64,000 bases of DNA from an uncultured Mucilaginibacter sp. (GTDB lineage Bacteria; Bacteroidota; Bacteroidia; Sphingobacteriales; Sphingobacteriaceae). Shown here piece by piece: positions 38,871 to 46,271 of this stretch (position 1 is its first letter; each line of letters begins with the position of its first letter). The notes beneath the pieces were generated by a model, which saw nothing but the letters and a program-made list of their open reading frames with translations, did not search any database and was not told the DNA's origin. Made by a program: the position numbers and the translations under genes. The stretch covers positions 46,198-110,197 of the forward strand of contig NZ_CALMAT010000092.1 of the NCBI RefSeq assembly GCF_937859865.1. The letters run 5' to 3'.

Positions 38871-39308
38871 TTACACACCAATATCTTCATTCCAAAGTTC
38901 CGGGCTTTCTGCAATAAACTTTTGCATCAATTCATAACACATCTTATCGTCAACCACCGTTACACTTACGCCTTTGCTGCGCAACAGTTCTTCTTCGCCC
39001 ATAAAAGTTTTGTTTTCGCCGATGATAACTTTAGGTATCCCATACAGTAAAATAGTGCCGGAACACATGGGGCAGGGAGAAAGCGTGGTATACAGTTCGC
39101 ACTCGCGGTAAACAGCTGCAGGCAAGCGTCCTGCATTTTCTAAGGCATCCATTTCGCCATGCAAAATTGCGCTGCCTTTTTGTACGCGCCGGTTGTGTCC
39201 GCGGCCGATAATTTTGCCCTGATGCACCAGCACAGAACCAATCGGGATACCGCCTTCGGCAAAACCGGCCGCAGCTTCGGCATAAGCCGCTTCTAAAAAT
39301 TCTTTCAT
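38871..39308 (-). CDS. cytosine deaminase, FCY1-type (CMP/dCMP deaminase zinc-binding fold)
   Basis: HGEMDALEN and LSPCPMCSG zinc motifs. End-to-end resemblance to yeast-type cytosine deaminase, including the C-terminal WNEDIGV. Confidence 0.75.
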   Translation of the reverse strand: MKEFLEAAYAEAAAGFAEGGIPIGSVLVHQGKIIGRGHNRRVQKGSAILHGEMDALENAGRLPAAVYRECELYTTLSPCPMCSGTILLYGIPKVIIGENKTFMGEEELLRSKGVSVTVVDDKMCYELMQKFIAESPELWNEDIGV

Positions 39309-39414
39309 ATCAAATGCAAATAATGGGTTTGTTGAAAAATATTTTTTAAAATATTAAATAAATTGAAACAGATGTGTCTATATTTATGCAAACTAAAAAA
39401 CTAAAAATAAAACT

Positions 39415-39606
39415 ATGAAAATTTCAGCTCTTAAAGTAATGATGATGGCCGGTGCAATGATGGTTGCTACTTGTTTAACTGTAAATGCCGCCCCAGTAAA
39501 AGGCACTCCTGCCATGACCCAAGATTCCATGAAAAAAAGCAAAATGAAACATGGCAAAATGGGCAAAAAAATGAAAATGAAAAAAGATACTACGATGAAA
39601 ATGTAG
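39415..39606 (+). CDS. small secreted Met/Lys-rich protein
   Basis: 63 aa; signal peptide ending VNAAP, then a tail DSMKKSKMKHGKMGKKMKMKKDTTMKM. Followed by a strong terminator. Confidence 0.5.
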   Translation: MKISALKVMMMAGAMMVATCLTVNAAPVKGTPAMTQDSMKKSKMKHGKMGKKMKMKKDTTMKM

Positions 39607-39631
39607 TTCTTCGTTTTAATTTTAAAACATT

Positions 39632-39668
39632 AAAAGAGGGCTAGTTTAATTACCGGCCCTCTTTTTTT
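39632..39668 (+). terminator. rho-independent terminator
   Basis: aaaagagggc...gccctcttttttt: GC-rich stem (agagggc/gccctct) plus a T7 run. Confidence 0.7.
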
Positions 39669-39687
39669 ATGTGTTAAAAGAAGCATC
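39662..39687 (+). repeat. DRM, forward; overlaps the terminator T-run
   Basis: tttttttatgtgttaaaagaagcatc; 63 nt upstream of the ATG at 39750. Confidence 0.75.
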
Positions 39688-39749
39688 GGCCTAAAAATGA
39701 AAGTTCAGTTCCGGCAAACTTAAAGCTTTAAAAAAAGTTAATCAGCCCA

Positions 39750-40655
39750 ATGGGCAAGCATATTTTAATTACCGGCGGAACCGGGTTGGTTGGCAAACAC
39801 CTTACCAGCCTTCTACTCGAAAAAGGCTACACCGTAAGCCATTTGAGCCGAAAAACAGGCATCAACTCAAAAGTAAAAACCTTTTTGTGGGATGTGGCCA
39901 AAGGCAGTATTGATGCCAATTGTATCAACGGTGTAGATTTGATCATCCATTTAGCAGGCGCAGGCGTGGCCGATAAACGTTGGACGGACGAGCGGAAACA
40001 AGAGATCATCAGCAGCCGGACGAAATCCATTGAACTGATTTATAACTTGTTGAAACAGCATCCGCACCAAATTAAAAAAGTAGTTTCTGCTTCGGCAACG
40101 GGTTTTTACGGTGATTGCGGGAATGAGATGGTAACAGAAACTTCACCTTCTGCAAAAGATTTTTTAGGCCAATGCTGTGTAGTTTGGGAAAAAGCGGTGG
40201 ACGAAGGTGCAGCTTTAGGTTTGGAAATTTTGAAATTAAGAACGGGCGTGGTTTTGACCGATGAAGGCGGTGCTTTGAAACAATTGGCCTTGCCCATCAA
40301 ATTTGGTTTTGGCACAATCCTTGATTTAGGCAAGCAATGGGTTCCCTGGATCCATTTGCAAGATGCCATTGATTTATACCTTTTTGGGATTGAAAAAGAG
40401 CTGACCGGTGTTTATAATATGGTTGCGCCAAACCCGGCAACCAATGCCAAACTTACCATCACCGCAGCAAAACAATTAAACCGACCATTATGGTTGCCCA
40501 AAGTTCCGGCGTTTGCTTTGAAATTAGCTTTGAGCGAAATGAGTGCCGTGGTTTTAGCCAGCACAAAGGTATCGGCAGCAAAAACAGAACAAGCCGGTTT
40601 TGTATTTAAATATCCAACAATAAAAGAAGCCATCCGCGAAATTTATGCCCGATAA
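39750..40655 (+). CDS. TIGR01777-family (YfcH-like) NAD-binding epimerase-fold protein with DUF1731 C-terminus
   Basis: ILITGGTGLVGKHL motif and ~300 aa architecture typical of this family. Overlaps the photolyase gene by 11 nt. Confidence 0.85.
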   Translation: MGKHILITGGTGLVGKHLTSLLLEKGYTVSHLSRKTGINSKVKTFLWDVAKGSIDANCINGVDLIIHLAGAGVADKRWTDERKQEIISSRTKSIELIYNLLKQHPHQIKKVVSASATGFYGDCGNEMVTETSPSAKDFLGQCCVVWEKAVDEGAALGLEILKLRTGVVLTDEGGALKQLALPIKFGFGTILDLGKQWVPWIHLQDAIDLYLFGIEKELTGVYNMVAPNPATNAKLTITAAKQLNRPLWLPKVPAFALKLALSEMSAVVLASTKVSAAKTEQAGFVFKYPTIKEAIREIYAR

Positions 40656-40665
40656 AAAAAGCATC
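40639..40665 (+). repeat. near-full DRM spanning the overlap junction of two genes
   Basis: aaatttATGcccgaTAAaaaaagcatc. The motif-internal ATG is the photolyase start, and the TAA is the stop of the TIGR01777-family gene. Confidence 0.7.
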
Positions 40666-41955
40666 AACTTGTTTTGGTTCCGCCGCGATTTAAGGCTGAC
40701 CGATAACGCCGGTTTTTACCACGCGCTCAAAAGTGGCAAACCGGTTTTACCAATGTTTATTTTTGATACCGAAATTCTGGACAAGCTGGAAGACAAAGAT
40801 GATTCGCGCGTTACTTTTATCCACCAATCGCTTGTTAACATGAACGAGGAACTGAAGCGGTTGGGCAGTTCGATGCTCGTTAAAAATACATCGCCAAAAG
40901 AAGCATTTGCCGAAATTTTGAATGAATATGCAGTTGATACTGTTTTTACCAACCACGATTACGAACCGTACGCCAAAGAGCGCGATACAGAAATCGCCCA
41001 AATTTTAGCAGCTAAAAACAGCAAATTTTGCACTTATAAAGACCATGTTATTTTCGACCGGAACGAAGTGATGAAACCCGACGGTAGCCCGTACACTGTT
41101 TTTACCCCGTATTCGCGCAAATGGAAAGAAAAGTTGAACGATTTTTACCTAAAGCCTTATCCGGTAGAAAAATACCTGCAAAACCTGTATCAAACCCAGC
41201 TTACTTTCCCTACATTACATGATATTGGTTTTGAAAAAAGTTCGATCCAAGTCCCTAAAAACGAATACAAATCCATCATTGCCGATTATGCCAAAACGCG
41301 AGATTTCCCGGGGCTGGAAGGCACTTCACGGATCAGCGTCCATTTGCGGTTTGGCACGGTCAGCATTCGCGAACTGGCAACTGAAGCCAATAAACAAGTA
41401 GAAAAAACCTGGCTGAATGAACTGATCTGGCGAGATTTTTATGCCATGATTATCTGGCATTTCCCGCAAACAGCCAACCATGCTTACAAACCCGAATTTG
41501 ATAAAATCCAATGGCGCAACAACGAGCAGGAGTTTGAAGCCTGGTGCAAAGGCGAAACCGGCTACCCGATTGTGGATGCCGGGATGCGGCAATTGCATGC
41601 TTTGGGCTGGATGCACAACCGCGTGCGCATGGTTGCGGCCAGTTTTTTATGCAAGCATTTATTGATTGACTGGCGTTGGGGCGAACATTATTTTGCCCGA
41701 AAACTGCTGGATTATGATTTGGCCAGCAATGTAGGCGGCTGGCAATGGGCCGCAGGGACTGGTGCCGATGCATCTCCGTTTTTCAGGATATTTAGCCCAG
41801 AAGCACAAACCAAACGCTTCGACCCAAAATTTGAATACATTAAAAAATGGGTGCCCGAATATCTTGATCCATTTAAATATCCAGCACGAATCGTAGATCA
41901 TAAAGAAGCGCGGGAACGATGTTTGGCAGCATTTAAAAAAGCACTGAACGGATAA
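40645..41955 (+). CDS. phrB: deoxyribodipyrimidine (CPD) photolyase, class I
   Basis: LFWFRRDLRLTDNAGFYHAL, WRDFY, GWMHNRVRMVAASFL and GGWQWAAGTG motifs. Confidence 0.9.
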   Translation: MPDKKSINLFWFRRDLRLTDNAGFYHALKSGKPVLPMFIFDTEILDKLEDKDDSRVTFIHQSLVNMNEELKRLGSSMLVKNTSPKEAFAEILNEYAVDTVFTNHDYEPYAKERDTEIAQILAAKNSKFCTYKDHVIFDRNEVMKPDGSPYTVFTPYSRKWKEKLNDFYLKPYPVEKYLQNLYQTQLTFPTLHDIGFEKSSIQVPKNEYKSIIADYAKTRDFPGLEGTSRISVHLRFGTVSIRELATEANKQVEKTWLNELIWRDFYAMIIWHFPQTANHAYKPEFDKIQWRNNEQEFEAWCKGETGYPIVDAGMRQLHALGWMHNRVRMVAASFLCKHLLIDWRWGEHYFARKLLDYDLASNVGGWQWAAGTGADASPFFRIFSPEAQTKRFDPKFEYIKKWVPEYLDPFKYPARIVDHKEARERCLAAFKKALNG

Positions 41956-41965
41956 CGTTTAGGGC

Positions 41966-41991
41966 GATACTTCTTTTACCACCTAAAAATT
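41966..41991 (-). repeat. DRM, reverse
   Basis: gatacttcttttaccacctaaaaatt; 11 nt after the photolyase stop. Confidence 0.85.
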
Positions 41992-42008
41992 AGTGCGTTC
42001 TTGTTTTT

Positions 42009-42086
42009 GTCATGCCGGACTTGTTTCGGCCTACGCAAAATTAGTTCTACTTTTCATGAGAGATCTTGAAATAAATTTAGGATGAC
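42009..42086. repeat. GTCATSC...GATGAC inverted-repeat element
   Basis: gtcatgccggacttgtttcggc ... gatcttgaaataaatttaggatgac; the arms are imperfectly complementary. Confidence 0.55.
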
Positions 42087-42091
42087 AGCAC

Positions 42092-42117
42092 AATGCTTCT
42101 TTTATCGTCAAAAACTT
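42092..42117 (-). repeat. DRM, reverse
   Basis: aatgcttcttttatcgtcaaaaactt. Confidence 0.85.
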
Positions 42118-42135
42118 ACAACTTACAACTTTCCT

Positions 42136-42161
42136 AATGCTTCTTTTATCACCTAAAAATT
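42136..42161 (-). repeat. DRM, reverse; overlaps the FKBP gene stop
   Basis: aatgcttcttttatcacctaaaaatt. Confidence 0.85.
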
Positions 42162-43119
42162 AGTTTGTTACTGCGGTTACATTAATATCATAATCCATAA
42201 TAGAGTTTGGCGGGACATTGTAAGTGCTTTGGCCTTCTACTGTAGATGTTGGTATAGCACCATAAGCCAAACCTGAAGGAACCAGCAAGCGTATTTTCCC
42301 TCCGGAATTAATTTTCTGTAAACCTTCCTGCCAGCCGGCAATGTAACCTCCTAAGGCAGCAGCATCTAAACTTTTATTTTCGGTAACAATTCCGCTTAGC
42401 AACAAACGCTTTGTATAAGTAATTGTAACGGTTGAAGTACTGTAAATCTGGTCTGTGCCAGAACCAGGGTCAACAATTTTGTAATACAAACCGGAAGGTG
42501 TTTTTTGGAACCCTGTCAGGTTGTTATTTTTGATGTAATTTCTGATTTGTACCGTATCATAAGCTAACTGACTGTCCACATTGTAGAGGTAAACGGTATA
42601 ATCCAAAGATTCATTTCCCGGGATTTTAACCCTTAAATCCGGAAATGTATAACCGGCCAAACCATAAGCCTGACTGGAAGGGATAAGCATACGGATGATA
42701 CCGTTGCGCTTTTGCAGGTACTTTTTGATGCTAAACTGCAAGCCAACAGGCAGCGGGAAAAATGCAGTGGTTGGAGCCATGGTGGTAGTGCTATAATAAC
42801 GGTAATTAAACAGGTTAAGCCCTGCGTAATTGCTGACGCGGTTTAAAACGGTATCGGTAGAAACAACTTTTCCATCCAAAGTTTTAACAGAATAAGCGTA
42901 AAAAATCACATCCGAATCGGTTATCGGGTTTCCGGTATCGCCGGGCTTGATAATTTGATAGTAAATGCCGCTGTCGCCGGGCATCATTTTTAAACCATTG
43001 GCAGAAATATAGCTTTGTATGGTATTGTTGTCAACTGTTTGAATCTGGTCGTACTCCTTTTTACAGGAAAACATGGCTAAAGCAAGTACGGATAAAAAGG
43101 CGAAAGCAAGTTGCTTCAT
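42160..43119 (-). CDS. FKBP-type peptidyl-prolyl isomerase lipoprotein (two FKBP-like modules)
   Basis: FSCKK lipobox; IPSSQAYGLAG and VPSGLAYGA motifs; PPNSIMDYDINV. Confidence 0.75.
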   Translation of the reverse strand: MKQLAFAFLSVLALAMFSCKKEYDQIQTVDNNTIQSYISANGLKMMPGDSGIYYQIIKPGDTGNPITDSDVIFYAYSVKTLDGKVVSTDTVLNRVSNYAGLNLFNYRYYSTTTMAPTTAFFPLPVGLQFSIKKYLQKRNGIIRMLIPSSQAYGLAGYTFPDLRVKIPGNESLDYTVYLYNVDSQLAYDTVQIRNYIKNNNLTGFQKTPSGLYYKIVDPGSGTDQIYSTSTVTITYTKRLLLSGIVTENKSLDAAALGGYIAGWQEGLQKINSGGKIRLLVPSGLAYGAIPTSTVEGQSTYNVPPNSIMDYDINVTAVTN

Positions 43120-43137
43120 TATAGGTAATTTTTAATT

Positions 43138-43626
43138 TTAATTGGTAACGTTATATAATGTAATATCAAAATCGAGACAGGAATTGGCCGGGATATACGG
43201 GTTTTGATGATCGTACATGCCATAAGCATAACGCGAAGGCACAAAAAGTCGTATCCTGCCGTTTTTTTTGATTAACGGGATGCCAACCTGCCAGCCACGG
43301 ATCACACTTCCCAAAGTATAAGACGGATGGAAAATGCTTGGTTTAGTCAGTGTATCTTTTGCGCCTAATATTTTTGCCGAAGCACCAACTGTAACCAAAG
43401 TAGATTGTGTGTAAAGACTGGCCACATTACCCGAATCTAAAATCTGGTAATAAACACCAATGGTATCGCCTACTTTTTTTATCGGTATTTTATTGGCGAT
43501 GAGGTAAGCCCTGATTTTATCACTGTCTATACCGATTTGCGCAAAATAGGCCGTCCTGTCTATAGCCGCTTTTTTACATGCCGTAAGGGCAAGCATCAAC
43601 GCGAAAACAACATACAACTTCTTCAT
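43138..43626 (-). CDS. FKBP-type peptidyl-prolyl isomerase lipoprotein
   Basis: MKKLYVVFALMLALTACKK from the ATG at 43626; VPSRYAYG and IPANSCLDFDITL. Confidence 0.75.
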   Translation of the reverse strand: MKKLYVVFALMLALTACKKAAIDRTAYFAQIGIDSDKIRAYLIANKIPIKKVGDTIGVYYQILDSGNVASLYTQSTLVTVGASAKILGAKDTLTKPSIFHPSYTLGSVIRGWQVGIPLIKKNGRIRLFVPSRYAYGMYDHQNPYIPANSCLDFDITLYNVTN

Positions 43627-43712
43627 GTGCAAAAACAGCGTAAAACGCAAATTTATTGTTTTAATCTGCAAAAACCGCGGCTTAACATATTTTAACAGAT
43701 GCTGGTGTATGT

Positions 43713-43738
43713 GATACTGTTTTTATCGGCATAAATTT
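43713..43738 (-). repeat. DRM, reverse (ACAG variant)
   Basis: gatactgtttttatcggcataaattt; 87 nt upstream of the FKBP ATG at 43626. Confidence 0.85.
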
Positions 43739-43797
43739 GGGATTAAAAGCACGAACGGATTTTGCATTGTGATGCCGAAAAAATTCCGTAATCACCA

Positions 43798-45519
43798 TCA
43801 CCAGCCCAACTTGGTATCGTCGCCGCGCGGGTCGGCGCCGCCTTCGTAATAGCCCCATTTCGTTTTCAAAATTGCATCTACACGGCCAATCGGGCCATCA
43901 ACCATAATTTTGTAGCCTTTGCGCTCCAGTTTTTGGATGGTGGCACTGTCCAAAGCATCTTTTTCTGCCTTTACATCATCCGGCAGCCATTGGTGATGGA
44001 AGCGTTTGGAAGTTACCGCACGTTGCATGCTTTGGTCAAACTCCACCACATTCAAAATGGTTTGAAAAACAGAAGTGATAATGGTAGAACCGCCCGGTGT
44101 GCCAACCACCATAAACAGTTTACCATCTTTTTCGAGGATTGTTGGCGTCATGGAAGACAACATGCGTTTGCCCGGCTGGATTGAATTGGCCTTCCCGCCT
44201 ATCAAGCCAAACATATTTGGCACCCCAGGCTTTGAGCTGAAATCGTCCATTTCGTTGTTCAGCAAAAAACCAGCGCCTTTTACCACAATGCCCGAACCGA
44301 AAGAACCGTTTAAAGTGGTGGTGATGGAAACCGCATTTCCTTCTTTATCTACCACAACCAAATGTGTGGTTTGGTCGCTTTCGTAGCCAACAAATGTCCC
44401 TGGCTGTATCGCAGTGCTTGGCGTGGCCTGGTTCCAGTTAAAGCTTTTCATTCGTGCATCCGTGTATTTAGACTGAAGCAAACTATCCACCGGGACTTTA
44501 AAAAAATCCGGGTCGCCGAGGTATTTAGAACGATCGGCATACACGCGCCTTTCTGCTTCCACCATCACCTGCACCGTCGAATCCTGGTTAAAACCCCAGC
44601 GTTTTAAGGGAAAAGGCTCCACCGAACGCAGCAGTTGCAGCAACGCAATCCCGCCACTGGATGGCGGCGGCATCGTGATGATTTTATAACCTTTATAATT
44701 GCCGGTGATTGCTTTTCGCCAAACCGAATGGTAGTTTTTCAAATCGGTTTTGGTGATGAGGCCGTTCCCGCTTTTCATTTCGGCTACCAGTTCGTCGGCT
44801 ACTTTGCCGGCGTAAAACCCTTCGCGGCCTTTATCGCGGATCAGTTCCAGCGTTGCGCCCAAATCTTCCTGCATCATTTTGTCGCCAGCTTTCCAGCCGC
44901 CTTCTTTTAAATAATAATTTTTGCCGGGATTAAGTTTGCGGAAATTGCCTTGCATCGTATTTAAGTTGGATGCCAGTTTTTCCGTCAGTGTAAATCCGTT
45001 TTCCGCCAGGTCAATCGCTGGCTGAACCAAGTCCGCCCATTTCAATTTTCCATATTTCCGGTGCGCTTCCACCATGCCATCCACCGAACCGGGAACGGCA
45101 GAAGCTTGGTTCGTGTGCAGGCTTTTATCGGCAATTACGTTTCCCGCCGAATCCAAATACATGTTGGCACTTGCCGCGCCTGGCGCTTTTTCCCGATAAT
45201 CTAATGTATTGGTTTCGCCTTTGGCCGATCGGTAAACCATAAAACCGCCGCCGCCAATGTTGCCCGCCGTAGGGTGCGTTACGGCCAAAGCAAACTGAAC
45301 GGCAATGGCCGCATCAACCGCGTTGCCGCCTTTTTTCAGGATGGCCAAACCTGCTTTTGCCGCATCCGAGTAGGCGCAAACTACCATACCGTTGCGATAT
45401 TCCTGCCCGTTATTGTTGCCCAACTGGCCTTTTGCACAGCCGGAAGATAAAAACACAACAGCATTGATCACCAGGAAAAGCCTGATGCTTCTTTTAGCGG
45501 GTAATTTTTTGATGCGCAT
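43798..45519 (-). CDS. ggt: gamma-glutamyltransferase
   Basis: GNIGGGGFMVY, autoprocessing site QTTHLVVVDKEGNAVS and MDDFS motifs. Confidence 0.95.
   Translation of the reverse strand: MRIKKLPAKRSIRLFLVINAVVFLSSGCAKGQLGNNNGQEYRNGMVVCAYSDAAKAGLAILKKGGNAVDAAIAVQFALAVTHPTAGNIGGGGFMVYRSAKGETNTLDYREKAPGAASANMYLDSAGNVIADKSLHTNQASAVPGSVDGMVEAHRKYGKLKWADLVQPAIDLAENGFTLTEKLASNLNTMQGNFRKLNPGKNYYLKEGGWKAGDKMMQEDLGATLELIRDKGREGFYAGKVADELVAEMKSGNGLITKTDLKNYHSVWRKAITGNYKGYKIITMPPPSSGGIALLQLLRSVEPFPLKRWGFNQDSTVQVMVEAERRVYADRSKYLGDPDFFKVPVDSLLQSKYTDARMKSFNWNQATPSTAIQPGTFVGYESDQTTHLVVVDKEGNAVSITTTLNGSFGSGIVVKGAGFLLNNEMDDFSSKPGVPNMFGLIGGKANSIQPGKRMLSSMTPTILEKDGKLFMVVGTPGGSTIITSVFQTILNVVEFDQSMQRAVTSKRFHHQWLPDDVKAEKDALDSATIQKLERKGYKIMVDGPIGRVDAILKTKWGYYEGGADPRGDDTKLGW
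45484..45510 (-). repeat. DRM inside the ggt N-terminal coding region
   Basis: gatgcttcttttagcgggtaatttttt; on the gene strand it encodes KKLPAKRSI of MRIKKLPAKRSIRLFL. Confidence 0.7.
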
Positions 45520-45692
45520 ACAACTTGTAATTTCTGCTAAAATATCACATTTCCTGAATAAACTCCTGGCTAATTATTCCTGTTGATTTTTTAACTTTTA
45601 ATTATTTTTCCAGAAACGCGGATTTGGTATTGCTAAAATTTTCATTTTTGCAGATGGCCAAGTAGTACAACTGGGCCGATTAAATCCACTCT

Positions 45693-46187
45693 ATGAAAAA
45701 AATTTGTCTTTGTTTGTTGTTCATATCCGTCGTTTTATTTTACAGCAAAAAGGCCGGCGCGCAATCGTACCAAACGGCTGCCGGGCTGCGCTTTAGTTAC
45801 GAAAGCGGCATTTCCGTCAAATATTTTACAGACCCAACAACAGCTTTGGAAGGTGTTTTGGGTTTCCGTACCAAAGGCGTGGTGTTTACGGGTTTAATTG
45901 AAAAACACCAACCGGCTTTTAACGTAGCCGAACTGAAGTTCTATTATGGTTTTGGCGGGCACGTTGGCGGCGTGGGCAGCGGCGGTTATCGGGTTTATAA
46001 TGGCGATTACAAAGTTTATAACAATTCTTCCCTATTGTTGGGTGCTGATGGCGTGATCGGTTTAGAATATGTAATCCCGGATTCGCCAATTGCGGTTAGT
46101 GTTGATCTTGACCCACGCATCGAAATTTTCCGCGGGCCGATTTTTAATTTGACACCAAGCCTGGGCATCAAATATGCTTTTAAATAA
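45693..46187 (+). CDS. small outer-membrane beta-barrel protein (hypothetical)
   Basis: Signal peptide ending AGAQ, alternating beta-strand pattern and an aromatic C-terminal residue region (GIKYAFK). Confidence 0.5.
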   Translation: MKKICLCLLFISVVLFYSKKAGAQSYQTAAGLRFSYESGISVKYFTDPTTALEGVLGFRTKGVVFTGLIEKHQPAFNVAELKFYYGFGGHVGGVGSGGYRVYNGDYKVYNNSSLLLGADGVIGLEYVIPDSPIAVSVDLDPRIEIFRGPIFNLTPSLGIKYAFK

Positions 46188-46250
46188 AATTTATGCCGAT
46201 AAAAGAAGCATTGCAAAATTTATCGAATGCTTCTTTTATCGGCATAAATT
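46186..46250. repeat. perfect inverted DRM pair (25-bp stem, 13-nt loop) between convergent genes
   Basis: aatttatgccgataaaagaagcatt (46188-46212), gcaaaatttatcg, aatgcttcttttatcggcataaatt (46226-46250). Confidence 0.95.
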
Positions 46251-46271
46251 CATTGGCCAAAATCCCTCCTT

